This document shows, one piece after another, positions 36,932 through 46,784 of a stretch of 64,000 nucleotides of DNA. Position 1 is the stretch's first letter. Each line of letters starts with the position of its first letter. This DNA is from Eubacteriales bacterium (GTDB lineage: Bacteria; Bacillota; Clostridia; Oscillospirales; CAG-272): NCBI GenBank assembly GCA_045644045.1, contig JAZRGD010000087.1:499-64498 (forward strand). The letters run 5' to 3'. The notes under the pieces are model-generated. The model saw only the letters and a program-made list of their open reading frames with translations. It did not search any database and was not told where the DNA came from. The translations under genes and the position numbers were made by a program.

Positions 36932-38083
36932 ATGGATTTTAAAAAGTATTTGACCGAAAACGTATTGCCCTTCTGGCTGGGCGACGCCATCGACAGAGAG
37001 TGCGGCGGTATCCTCACCTGCCTTGACAGAGAGGGTAAGGTATACGGATACGAGAAGAGCGTGTGGTTCCAAGGGCGCGCCCTTTGGACCTTCTCCAAGG
37101 CCTATAACCACATCGAAAAGAAGGCGGAATATTTAGCCGCAGCCAAGACCATTTACGATTTTATCCCTCTTTGTGAGGATAAGGACGGCAGACTGTTCTT
37201 TACCGTTACCCGAGAGGGCAAGGGCATCCAAAAGAGAAGATATTATTTCAGCGAGACCTTTGCCGCCATCGGCTGTGCCCAGTATTACAAGGCCACGGGC
37301 GACAGCGAGGCATGGGCGAGAGCCGAGAAGTATTTTGACATCGCCAAGCGTTGCTTTGACGATCCCTCCCTCAATCCTCCCAAGTTTACCACGCCCGGCA
37401 AGGCGCTTTCTCCCGTGATGATCATGATGGCTACTGCCAGAAGCATGGCCGAGTGCGCTCCCGACCCGACCAAGTACAACGCCTTGGCAAGTGCTTACAC
37501 CGACGAGGTACTGCACGGCGGCTATCTTTCGGAGGAGGCGGGGGTCTTGCTTGAAAGCGTTTCTCTCGAAGGAGGCTTTGTCAACACCCCTGCGGGGCGT
37601 GTTGTCAACCCCGGCCACTCCCTTGAGACCGCTTGGTTTTTGATGGTGGAGGGTCTGCTTGGCAAAAACGAGGAGGCTCTTGTCGCCGCGAAGAGGATCA
37701 TCGACATCACCATGCCCATCGGCCTTGACGGGAAGCACGGCGGCATTATCGCCTTCACCGATGCGTTGGGGTATCCTCCCTCTGCCCTTGAATGGGATAT
37801 GAAGCTCTGGTGGCCGCAAAACGAGGCCATCCTCGCCAACCGTATGGCCTACGAGATCTTCCGTGAGGACAAATATAAGGAAGCCTACGAGAGCCTTCTT
37901 GCCTTCGCCTTCGATAAGTTCAGCGATGAGAAGCACGGCGAGTGGTACGGCTACCTGCATTACGATGCCACCCCTGCCAACTACCTCAAGGGCAACATCT
38001 TCAAGGGCCCCTTCCATCTGCCCCGTATGCTCATGCTTCTTGAAGCCATTGAGTCGGGCGATATGCTGGGATTTTTCAAATAA
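36932..38083 (+). CDS. AGE family epimerase/isomerase (N-acylglucosamine 2-epimerase-like)
   Basis: 383 aa. (alpha/alpha)6-barrel pattern: LPFWLGDAIDRECGGILTCLDREG, VWFQGRALWTF, NPGHSLETAWFLM, WWPQNEA. Confidence 0.85.
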   Translation: MDFKKYLTENVLPFWLGDAIDRECGGILTCLDREGKVYGYEKSVWFQGRALWTFSKAYNHIEKKAEYLAAAKTIYDFIPLCEDKDGRLFFTVTREGKGIQKRRYYFSETFAAIGCAQYYKATGDSEAWARAEKYFDIAKRCFDDPSLNPPKFTTPGKALSPVMIMMATARSMAECAPDPTKYNALASAYTDEVLHGGYLSEEAGVLLESVSLEGGFVNTPAGRVVNPGHSLETAWFLMVEGLLGKNEEALVAAKRIIDITMPIGLDGKHGGIIAFTDALGYPPSALEWDMKLWWPQNEAILANRMAYEIFREDKYKEAYESLLAFAFDKFSDEKHGEWYGYLHYDATPANYLKGNIFKGPFHLPRMLMLLEAIESGDMLGFFK

Positions 38084-38108
38084 GCAGTAGTAAACGGCAG
38101 TAAATAAC

Positions 38109-38197
38109 AAAAAAGAAACCTTATCCGATGACCTTGCGGTCATAGCCTTCCCCTTTTTGGAAGGTGTCCCGAAGGGGCGGATAAGGTTCCTTTTTTT
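38109..38197. terminator. branched bidirectional terminator-like element
   Basis: A6, then a 12-bp outer stem (GAAACCTTATCCG/CGGATAAGGTTCC, one mismatch), then T7. The outer stem encloses three hairpins: ATGACC-ttgc-GGTCAT, CCTTCC-N7-GGAAGG and CCC-gaa-GGG. Confidence 0.45.
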
Positions 38198-38205
38198 CGT
38201 GTGCT

Positions 38206-39006
38206 TTAATTCTTCCCAAGAAGAAAATCCTTGGGCGCGAGACCCGTGAACTTCTTGAATTCACGGCTGAAATAGGAGGTGTCCGCGAAGCCCGAAAGCA
38301 CCGCGGCATCTGTTACCGTATATTCCCCCGTGGCCAGAAGCTCGGCGGCGCGCTTTAAGCGGAGGGTACGGATATGCACCGCAGGCGGTACAGAAAAGGC
38401 GGCCTCAAACAGGCGGCGAAAATAAGGCTGGCTGATTCCCGCAAGGGAAGCGAGCCGCTCGATGGGAATGGTCTTGCTCGTGTAGTTCTCCTCGATATAG
38501 GAAAGGGCGGGTGCGAGAGTGACGAGGGTGCGGGAGAGAGGTGTGTATACCTCGGTTTCCTTGCGTAAAAGGCGCAGGATGCGGTATAAAAGAGAAAAGC
38601 ATTCCTCGGGATACCCCGCTTTTTTCTTGCTCCACGCCGAAACGGCACGGGAAAAGAGGGAGAGCATCTCGTCCCGTCCCTTTATATGCACCACGAAGGG
38701 CGCACCCGTCTCCCGACCCAAAAGCTGAAAATTGATGGCATAGGTGCCGTCTGATGCTTTTACTGCTCCCGGTATATCTTTTCTTATTTCCACCGTATAA
38801 TTGCTGCCCTTGGGCAAATAGATCAAGTCCCCATGCTCACAGGCAAGGCTTTTTCCGTTTTCAAAACGGAATACACAGCCGTTGCCCTCGTTATAGGCAA
38901 GACCGTGAGAGGGACGGTTTTTGTGGACGGGCTTTCCCTGTCCTTTCTTTACCAGAACGGCCGCTACGATGCCCGTGGCTACGGGCTGTGTTTCAAAAAA
39001 CTCCAT
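38206..39006 (-). CDS. AraC family transcriptional regulator (module 4)
   Basis: Start at the ATG at 39006 (MEFFETQPVATG...). Cupin-like N-terminus and a C-terminal double HTH (IERLASLAGISQPYFRRLFEAAFSVPP...VTDAAVLSGFADTSYFSREFKKFTGLAP). Confidence 0.85.
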   Translation of the reverse strand: MEFFETQPVATGIVAAVLVKKGQGKPVHKNRPSHGLAYNEGNGCVFRFENGKSLACEHGDLIYLPKGSNYTVEIRKDIPGAVKASDGTYAINFQLLGRETGAPFVVHIKGRDEMLSLFSRAVSAWSKKKAGYPEECFSLLYRILRLLRKETEVYTPLSRTLVTLAPALSYIEENYTSKTIPIERLASLAGISQPYFRRLFEAAFSVPPAVHIRTLRLKRAAELLATGEYTVTDAAVLSGFADTSYFSREFKKFTGLAPKDFLLGKN

Positions 39007-39091
39007 CACGCACCTCGAAAAATAAAGTCGTTTTTTTGCAAAAACAGTATAACAAAAAAGCTCGAATAAGTCAAGCGGTATAGAATAATTA

Positions 39092-39120
39092 TTGCAGTTT
39101 TTCCTACCGCTCCGTATAAT
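39092..39120 (+). promoter_or_regulatory. putative sigma-A promoter of the glycyl radical enzyme gene
   Basis: TTGCAG-17 nt-TATAAT, 28 nt upstream of the ATG. The RBS is CAGGAGG. Confidence 0.45.
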
Positions 39121-39147
39121 AAAGGCAGAAAAAACAGGAGGTGCTTT

Positions 39148-41310
39148 ATGTTCGCACGCTTTGAAGAGAAGAAAGAAAAGCTGGCAAAGCAATTTGAACG
39201 GGTTGCTTGGATCGAGGGAAGCGGCTTGACGGAGAAAGCCCTGAGTGCCGCCTTGGCGGAGATGGAGGCGACGGGCGCGTCCTGTGCCCGCGTAAAGGCG
39301 GATACCTTTGCTTTTCTCGCGGAGAATGCGCCCATTGCCATCACCCCCGAGGACGTTTTTCAAGAAAAGCTTTTTAGCGGTGACCTGATGAAAAGACAGA
39401 GATGGCGCGCCGTTACCGCCGTGAAAAGGAAATATTTGCCCGTCGAGACCGAAACCGTGTCAAAGGCGTGGCGCGAGGCTTATGCTTATACGGGAGGCGA
39501 GGACTTCGGTCATACCTCCCCCAACTCCCGTGCCCTTGTGTCTCTCGGGCTTTCGGGTCTTCTTGCCCGTGTGAATGCGGCCGCCGCAAGAGGGGGACTT
39601 TCGGAAAAGCAAAGAGAGTTTTATGACACCTGCGCCACCGTGCTCCGCAGTATGATGCGTGTGGCGGAGAGGCTTGCGGATGCCATAGAGCCCTGCAGTG
39701 CGGAAAACGCGAGAGCACTCCGTGCCATTGCCACCCGCGCCCCCGAAACTACCTACGAGACGATGCAGCTGCTCATTTTGTATTTTTATCTTCACGAATA
39801 CGTGGCAGGCACGCGCGTGCGCACCCTTGGGCGGCTTGACGTGCTTCTCACGCCCTTTTATGAGGCCGATCTTGCCGCGGGACGGTACACCCATGAGGAG
39901 CTGCGTGAGATGCTTCGTTATTTTCTCTATAAGTTTTTTGCCATGAACGTCCCCTTCGGCCTGCCCTTTTGTATCGGAGGCGAGGACGAACACGGCAATG
40001 ACGTGACGAATGATGTCACTGATCTCATCGTGGATGTGTTCGACGAGCTGAACGTTCATAGCCCCAAGATCCACGTGCGCGTGTGCGATAAAACGCCGAA
40101 AGAGCTTACGTTGCGTGTGCTGGATTGCATCAGACGGGGCAACTCCTCCTTCGTTTTTGTAAACGATAGGGTAGCAAAAGACGCGCTTTTGCGTGTGGGT
40201 ATCGCTGAAAGAGACGTGTGGGACTATCTGCCCATCGGCTGCTACGAGCCCGCCGTATGGGGCAAGGAGATCGGATGCACGGGTAATGGCGGCATCAGCC
40301 TTGGCAAGGTGGCGGAGTTTCTGTTTACGGGTGGCAAGGACCATGCAAACGGCGTGACTTACGGCATCGACACGGGCGAGCCCGCCACCTACGGGGAATT
40401 TCTCACGGCCGTGAAAAAGCAGATCGCTTACATGGCGGAAAAAGGCATGAATTATATCGTAGAGCTTGAAAAGCACTACGGTGAGTGCGGCCCCGACCCT
40501 ATCCTGTCGATGCAATACGATGAAAGCGTCGCGCTGGGCGTGGACGTGTACGAGGGCGGCGCGAAATACAACAACAGCTCCTTGTATTACTACTCTATCG
40601 CCACCTTGGTGGATGCCATCGCGGCGGTGAAGCGGCTGGTATATGAGGAAAAAGCCCTTTCCTTCACCGAGCTGGGCGAAATTTTGAAAAACGATTGGGA
40701 GGGAAGAGAGGAGCTGCGTCAGCGCGTTCTGCGTCTGCCTGAAAAATACGGCTGCAACAATCCCGTGGCGGATGAGATCACCGTTTGGCTTGCGGATCAT
40801 TGTGCTTCGCTGACCAATAACCGCCCCAACGGCCGTGGCGGCGTCTTCAAGGCATCCTGCTTTACCATCGATCATTGCTATCCCATGGGTGAGAAAACCA
40901 TGGCGACCCCCGACGGCAGACGGGCGGGGGAGCCTCTTTCGAAAAACTTTTGCGCGACCGTCGGCATGGACAAAAAGGGCGTGACCGCGCTCATCGGCTC
41001 GGTGACGAAAATGGATCACGCCGCCTTTCCCAACGGCACGGTGCTTGACTTGGTGCTTCACCCCTCCGCCGTGTCGGGGGAGGACGGCCTTGCCGCCTTC
41101 TACGGGCTTCTCGCCACCTATTTTAAGAAGGGTGGCATTGCCCTCCACGGCAATGTGTTTGACGCAGACGTTCTGCGCGACGCCGTGGCAAATCCCGAAA
41201 AGTACGAAAACCTGCAGGTGCGCGTTTGCGGCTGGAATGCCTACTTCACCAAGCTGACGAGAGCGGAGCAGGAGGCCTTCATCAAGCAGGCGGAAACGAG
41301 CCGTATGTGA
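39148..41310 (+). CDS. glycyl radical enzyme (PFL2/eliminase-like), substrate unknown
   Basis: 720 aa. The C-terminal LQVRVCGWNAYFTKLTRAEQEAF is a glycine-radical motif (Gly at codon 695). IGCYEP provides a Cys (codon 365) with a Glu two residues later, as in the GRE 1,2-eliminases. Confidence 0.8.
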   Translation: MFARFEEKKEKLAKQFERVAWIEGSGLTEKALSAALAEMEATGASCARVKADTFAFLAENAPIAITPEDVFQEKLFSGDLMKRQRWRAVTAVKRKYLPVETETVSKAWREAYAYTGGEDFGHTSPNSRALVSLGLSGLLARVNAAAARGGLSEKQREFYDTCATVLRSMMRVAERLADAIEPCSAENARALRAIATRAPETTYETMQLLILYFYLHEYVAGTRVRTLGRLDVLLTPFYEADLAAGRYTHEELREMLRYFLYKFFAMNVPFGLPFCIGGEDEHGNDVTNDVTDLIVDVFDELNVHSPKIHVRVCDKTPKELTLRVLDCIRRGNSSFVFVNDRVAKDALLRVGIAERDVWDYLPIGCYEPAVWGKEIGCTGNGGISLGKVAEFLFTGGKDHANGVTYGIDTGEPATYGEFLTAVKKQIAYMAEKGMNYIVELEKHYGECGPDPILSMQYDESVALGVDVYEGGAKYNNSSLYYYSIATLVDAIAAVKRLVYEEKALSFTELGEILKNDWEGREELRQRVLRLPEKYGCNNPVADEITVWLADHCASLTNNRPNGRGGVFKASCFTIDHCYPMGEKTMATPDGRRAGEPLSKNFCATVGMDKKGVTALIGSVTKMDHAAFPNGTVLDLVLHPSAVSGEDGLAAFYGLLATYFKKGGIALHGNVFDADVLRDAVANPEKYENLQVRVCGWNAYFTKLTRAEQEAFIKQAETSRM

Positions 41311-41431
41311 TCAAACTCCGCGAGGGCGGCTGTTTCTTTTGCGTTTCAAAATGTTGCAAGGAGAAAAAGGAATGAGGAGGGGCAAATCGCATTTTGTACA
41401 ACTATTTATTGGAAATGAACAATTTTTTGTA

Positions 41432-41460
41432 TAGACAAAAGCATGAAAATATGATATAAT
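41432..41460 (+). promoter_or_regulatory. putative sigma-A promoter of giant gene A
   Basis: TAGACA-17 nt-TATAAT with a TGA extended -10 element, in an AT-rich tract. Confidence 0.45.
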
Positions 41461-41522
41461 GATGAAGCAATGGCCGTTTTGTCTTCGGAGAGACGGCAAA
41501 AAAAGAGAAAAGAGAAAACGTG

Positions 41523-44500
41523 ATGAAAAAGAGAATTCTCAGTTTGCTTCTTTTGGTTAGTACGCTTCTCACCGTATTTCCCGTGCTGGGGGTCGCCGCG
41601 GATACGGCGGTTCCCAAAAGTGAAGACGCGGGAAGTCTGACCGATACCGAAACGGCACCGACGGGCAGTCACAGCTTTACCGCCTACGACGCGCTGTACG
41701 TGGGTGCTGATGGCACGAAAACTGCCAACGGCGGTAGCCTTGTCGGCCTTTATACCGCCTACGGCGACGACGCCTCGGTGAATGTCGAGGGTGCCAAATG
41801 GAAAAATAAGATGGACGCTACGGGAGCGACGGACGCCGTTTTGCGCGACACCTCCGATGCCATCTCCTTCGTCAAGGAGGAGAGCGGCTTTGGCTACCAT
41901 ATGGTCAAGGATCAGGTGATAAGCAACCACGAAAAGATCGGCCTGACTCTGCCCGCCGCCTGGGCCTCTCTCGATCAGTTTACGGTGGAGCAGACCGCCT
42001 GCTTTGATATGATGGCGGGCAAGGAGGCCTTGGCAAAGCAGTTCTCTTACATCCGTCTCGACGTTCTGCACGGTATGTGGATGGCCGGTAAGGGAGATCT
42101 GGCTGACGTGCAGTCCTATTGTATGCGCTGGCAGATCAGTAGCAAGGTCTCCGGTTGGGCACAGGGAAGCAGTGCTTATAACACCGCCTACCAGGAGTTT
42201 GCCTACCGCAACGCCTACTTGGCTGTGGGCAAGATCAGTGCTCTGGTCGCCACCTACACCAAGTCTGTTGCCGCAAACGGCACTGTCAGCTTCTTGATCA
42301 CCTATAACACGGGCGTGAATTATCCCGCCACGAAGACCTACACCGCCGCCGAGATCCAAGCAATGCGCGAGGAGGCCGCCAAGAGCAATAAAACGCCCGC
42401 CTTCTCTCTGTTCAACGGTATGAGCGGCACCATGTACGCCGTTCGCGTGTACGACGCGCCCTTGACCGAGGCGGAGAAGCAGCACAACGCCGCAGTGGAC
42501 GTTTTTGCCTATGCGGGTGTGGACGTGACCGAATACGCCTCCTTAGAGAGTAGCAAATGGGTGGTCATCGACAGCGTTATCTCGCTCCTCCCCCTCACCG
42601 ATGACAAGGAGAAGGTGGGGACGACCTTAGAGGAGATGATAGACTCCTTTGGCGAGGAGATCGACCTTGAAAGCTCTATGTACGTGACGGATGGCTTGAC
42701 CTTCTTTGCCTCCGCCTATAAGGGCCTCTTCACCGGTGCCTTCGTTGGAGAAAGCATCAGCTGGTTCAACGCCTTAAATCCTGCCGAGGCGGCCACCCTC
42801 AAGGGCGGTTATCAGCAGGACGAGAACGGCGGCTTCACCATTGTCAAGACTCTTGATGAGGTCAAGGGCGACGTGGAAAACCCCACCGCCTTAGAGCTTT
42901 CACAGCTTTGGCGCAAGCACTACAGCTTTGGTATTTATATGCCTGCTACCGCCTTGCCTCGCAAGGACTACACGGTGGAGTTCGTTTATAATCCCGTGGG
43001 CATCTCCGAAAGACAGGAGGACGGCACCCTGACGCGTTACGTGGACGCCATCAGTAACGTGGGCAACATCTTCCACGGCGCGAGCATTGCCATCGGCCCT
43101 CTGCGTGCCATGGTGAATAGCTGCGATAACATTAACGCACCCACCTCCGCTCTTGAAAAAAGATGGTTCTATCACGCTACCGACGATTACGGTCAAAACG
43201 GCTATAAGCAGGATGTCTGTGACTATACCTGGGGCAAGATCGGCATGTACGACGTCATGAGCTTCTCCATCACCCACAAGCTCGCGTCGGGTGGCTCGTC
43301 TACGTATCAGCTTTACAGCAACGCCGAGAACTTTTGGGTCAACCAGGTCGGCGCGGAAAAATACGTAAGCCCCGATGAGGCGGGCAACAAGTTCCAGCTG
43401 CTGCTGGGTGTGGCGGGTACCGCCTACTCTGTCCGCGTGTACAACCGCGCCTTGACTGAGGTCGAGCTCCTCCAAAACAAGGTGGCGGACTTGGTCTATT
43501 ATTACGGCATCGATTCCGCCGTGATCGGACAGGTAGTCGCGGAGATGGGAAGCTCGGCGGAGCTTTTGTTCAGAGCCCTCGCGGAGATCCCCTTTACCTT
43601 GACCGCAGAGGAAGCGGAGAAGCGCATGGTGCGGGGCATAACGGAGGCTTGGCTTGCCTTTGAGGGCATGGGTGTCCGCAAGGCGGAAAGCGATGCCATC
43701 CGCTACTATTTCGCCTGCAATATCGACGGCGTGAACGCCATGGTGAAGAGCGGCTACACCGTAGAGGTGGGCGCATTGGTAAACGTGGGCAAAAGCCTGG
43801 CCCCCGCCCTGAGTGCGGATGGGTACGACTATAAGATCAACGCCTACGACAACGTATCGGGCAAAAACGCCCCCTTCTTTACGGATGACGACACCTTTGC
43901 CGTGACCGTGCGCTACGAAAATTTGGACAAGGCGGCAAGCCTCACGCAGGTCCTCGTGCGCGGCTACGTCAGGCTGGTTGCGCCAAATGGTGAAGAAACC
44001 GTATATTACGTCGAGCCCTCCGTAGGGGAAGGCGGCCGCTTGGATAACCTGTTCTACGTGTACGATTGGTTTAAGAGCAGTGACAGCCTTGGCAAGGATG
44101 CCGAGACCTACATCCGCGTGACGACCGCCGCGGAGCGGTGCTACGAGCAGATCCGCATTTACGTGGATGCCGCCGCGCAAGCGGGAGGAAACGGCTCGAA
44201 GGACGCACCCTTCCGTAGCTTTGCCGACGGCTTTGCCCTGGCGAAGCAACAGCTAAAGACTGCAAACGTGCCTTCTCGCTATCGCTTGATCCTGGCGGAC
44301 GGCGAATACGGCGTTTATGCGGTGCAAAGCCTGTCTGCCGCCGATATGCCCTACGAATACGCAACGCTTGAGATCACCTCGGTCAGTGGCAACAGCACCC
44401 TGACCACCACCAAGGGCCTTACCGAAGACTTTACCAAGTACGCTGACAACGTATGGGTATGTCAGCTCGATAAGGAAAACGGCGAATATCCCTGCTTCCG

Positions 44501-46775
44501 TACCCTCTACGTGGACGGCAGGCTGGCGGACGTGGCGTACTCCACCGACCGTTATTCCGTGGATGATAATCCTTATCTTTCTCAGTATGACCATACCTAC
44601 GACGGTCCTTGGGGCAGAGCGTACGAGCTTTACAAGAAAAACACGCTGACCGCCGACACCGAGAGCGGCTACGAGCGCAAGGATCTCGACGACTCCTTCA
44701 AGTTGTACAGGGAGAAATTCTTGGCCCTCATGGATATGGAGTATCAGTACAAGAGAGGGAGCCTGACCGCAAACTCCAAGCCCAGGATCAAGAAGCCCTC
44801 CGAGCTCTATCTGGCATGCTTCGAGGATTACAAGATGGGTCGTCTGGCACTGGACGATATACTGGCGTGGTACAACAGCTACCCCGGTACCCATGCACAA
44901 GCGGACGCGGCCTTCGACAAGATCACGCCCACGCAGTACGTCGATAATGCCGCTTACGTGGCTAAATTTGACGAGCTGAAAAAGCAGATTCGCGCCGATA
45001 GCAAGGTGGGAAGCAGCATAGTCCTTTACGCCCCTATGGTCGAGACCGACTCGGTGGAAAAGGCGAAGTATTACCTCCACGAGGACGTGGTGGGCGACCT
45101 GCGTGCCGAAATGGAGGCCGGTCGCGCAAGACAGCTAAAGGCGTATAACGAGCTTCTCAAGAAATATCAGGCCGCCACTGCCGAGGAAAAGGTCGCCATG
45201 GAGGCGGATCTCGCCAAGGCCGCCGAAAGAGTAGCGGAGGACACCTGGTACCGCTACGCCCTTGAGGGCTACGGCCCCGAGATGCGTCTGAACGGCGAGT
45301 GGTGGGCCAACATCATTCACGTGGCGGGCGTGGACTACGGTGACACCGTAGTGGACGAAAACGGCGATACCCACGTCGCCATCTACCTTGAGCTTGATGA
45401 GTACTTCAACTACACGATCCGCGCGGGCTACTCCAACGCGGGCAGATACGTCTGTATGCAGGACGCCCTCTGTTACGTGGATTCGGAGTATGAGTATTAT
45501 TACGACGAGTTGACCGGTAAGCTGTATTATTACAGTGAGAGCGGCACCGAGGGAAAGAGCTTCTCCCGAGGCACAAGCGACTATATGTTCATTTTGAACG
45601 GCGTCAAGGGTGTTTCCTTTACCGACCTGAGCTTTACGGGTATGGACGACGATTACCTGTCTCATAACGACGGCTGTACCTCCTACCCCGGTACGGGCGC
45701 GGACGGCAAGCCCAAAAGCTCCCTTGAGATCGAAAACCATGCTTACGACCGTTCGGTGATCTGCATCAACTCCTGCTACGGCATCGACATTCTGGATTGC
45801 AGCTTCTTTGAGCTGCCCGTCCGTGCCATCTTCGGCAGGGGCGTCATCGAGAACATGACGGTGGAGAGCTGTAGCTTTGTGAGACTTGGCAGTAACGCGC
45901 TCCATATCGGAGACGGCACCGCCGAGCGACACTGGAAAACGGGCACGAACAGCGTGGAGAACATGACCGTGACCAACAACTACGTCCACGACGTGGGACG
46001 GGTCTATTTCCCCTCTGCGGGTATCTGGATCCACTACGGCAGAAACCTGACCGTGACCCACAACACGGTGGATAAGGTGTCCTGGTCGGGTATCGCCCTT
46101 GGCTTTACCTATACCTTGTCCAAGAAGGATCCGGGCGAGGAGTTCTGCAACCACGAGAACGTGGAGGTCGCCTACAACTACGTGACCAACTTCATGCAGA
46201 ACATCGGTGACGGCGGCGGTATCTACCTGACGGGTAGTAACGCCACCAAGGAGATGGAGGGCTACTTTAACTTCTTGCATCACAACTATATCCTGCTCTC
46301 CAATCAAACGGGTGACGGCCTCGGACACCTGGTCTGCGGTATCTACTTCGACGGCTCCGCCTCCAACTGGAAGGCCTACGAGAACGTAGTGGTAGAGCAG
46401 TCCTACGGTGCCGTGAAGGGCGAGGACGAGGGCTTCGACCTGACCGACGAGGATGACGTGAAGTATCTGACCGCTATGCGCAATCGCTTCGGAAGGACCT
46501 TCGTCATTTATATGCAGCACATTCTCGGTCAGATCACGCACAATAATCTTCTTGACAACAACTACGTTATAAACGTGCGTGCCACCGATCCTAAAAAGCA
46601 AGAGCTGGAGGTCTACCAGGAATACATCGTTGAGGACCGCAACATCTTTGAGCGGAATACTCATTATATAAACGGTGTTGACCGTATTCCCGTCAGCGCG
46701 GAGGACATCATCTACGCCGCAGGCTCTTCCGGACACGAGGGCGACCCCTACGTGCTGTACGACAACAATTATTAA
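41523..46775 (+). CDS. giant secreted protein A: two LamG-like modules, a beta-sandwich, and a right-handed beta-helix with a large insertion
   Basis: 1750 aa from the ATG at 41523. Signal peptide MKKRILSLLLLVSTLLTVFPVLGVAA. LamG-type module ends YAVRVYDAPLTEAEK (nt 42435) and YSVRVYNRALTEVELLQNK (about nt 43420). Beta-helix cap GGNGSKDAPFRSF (about nt 44190). PbH1-like repeats NNYVHDVGRVYFPSAGIWIHYGRNLTVTHNTVDKVSWSGIALG and GDGGGIYLTG. Confidence 0.85.
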   Translation: MKKRILSLLLLVSTLLTVFPVLGVAADTAVPKSEDAGSLTDTETAPTGSHSFTAYDALYVGADGTKTANGGSLVGLYTAYGDDASVNVEGAKWKNKMDATGATDAVLRDTSDAISFVKEESGFGYHMVKDQVISNHEKIGLTLPAAWASLDQFTVEQTACFDMMAGKEALAKQFSYIRLDVLHGMWMAGKGDLADVQSYCMRWQISSKVSGWAQGSSAYNTAYQEFAYRNAYLAVGKISALVATYTKSVAANGTVSFLITYNTGVNYPATKTYTAAEIQAMREEAAKSNKTPAFSLFNGMSGTMYAVRVYDAPLTEAEKQHNAAVDVFAYAGVDVTEYASLESSKWVVIDSVISLLPLTDDKEKVGTTLEEMIDSFGEEIDLESSMYVTDGLTFFASAYKGLFTGAFVGESISWFNALNPAEAATLKGGYQQDENGGFTIVKTLDEVKGDVENPTALELSQLWRKHYSFGIYMPATALPRKDYTVEFVYNPVGISERQEDGTLTRYVDAISNVGNIFHGASIAIGPLRAMVNSCDNINAPTSALEKRWFYHATDDYGQNGYKQDVCDYTWGKIGMYDVMSFSITHKLASGGSSTYQLYSNAENFWVNQVGAEKYVSPDEAGNKFQLLLGVAGTAYSVRVYNRALTEVELLQNKVADLVYYYGIDSAVIGQVVAEMGSSAELLFRALAEIPFTLTAEEAEKRMVRGITEAWLAFEGMGVRKAESDAIRYYFACNIDGVNAMVKSGYTVEVGALVNVGKSLAPALSADGYDYKINAYDNVSGKNAPFFTDDDTFAVTVRYENLDKAASLTQVLVRGYVRLVAPNGEETVYYVEPSVGEGGRLDNLFYVYDWFKSSDSLGKDAETYIRVTTAAERCYEQIRIYVDAAAQAGGNGSKDAPFRSFADGFALAKQQLKTANVPSRYRLILADGEYGVYAVQSLSAADMPYEYATLEITSVSGNSTLTTTKGLTEDFTKYADNVWVCQLDKENGEYPCFRTLYVDGRLADVAYSTDRYSVDDNPYLSQYDHTYDGPWGRAYELYKKNTLTADTESGYERKDLDDSFKLYREKFLALMDMEYQYKRGSLTANSKPRIKKPSELYLACFEDYKMGRLALDDILAWYNSYPGTHAQADAAFDKITPTQYVDNAAYVAKFDELKKQIRADSKVGSSIVLYAPMVETDSVEKAKYYLHEDVVGDLRAEMEAGRARQLKAYNELLKKYQAATAEEKVAMEADLAKAAERVAEDTWYRYALEGYGPEMRLNGEWWANIIHVAGVDYGDTVVDENGDTHVAIYLELDEYFNYTIRAGYSNAGRYVCMQDALCYVDSEYEYYYDELTGKLYYYSESGTEGKSFSRGTSDYMFILNGVKGVSFTDLSFTGMDDDYLSHNDGCTSYPGTGADGKPKSSLEIENHAYDRSVICINSCYGIDILDCSFFELPVRAIFGRGVIENMTVESCSFVRLGSNALHIGDGTAERHWKTGTNSVENMTVTNNYVHDVGRVYFPSAGIWIHYGRNLTVTHNTVDKVSWSGIALGFTYTLSKKDPGEEFCNHENVEVAYNYVTNFMQNIGDGGGIYLTGSNATKEMEGYFNFLHHNYILLSNQTGDGLGHLVCGIYFDGSASNWKAYENVVVEQSYGAVKGEDEGFDLTDEDDVKYLTAMRNRFGRTFVIYMQHILGQITHNNLLDNNYVINVRATDPKKQELEVYQEYIVEDRNIFERNTHYINGVDRIPVSAEDIIYAAGSSGHEGDPYVLYDNNY

Positions 46776-46784
46776 TATTTTTTT

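Noticed and set aside
41461-41519. The hairpin GCCGT...ACGGC in the leader of giant gene A as a terminator or attenuator.
   Set aside because: It is followed by an A-run rather than a U-run on the plus strand. On the minus strand the T-run precedes the stem. It therefore does not have intrinsic-terminator geometry in either direction.
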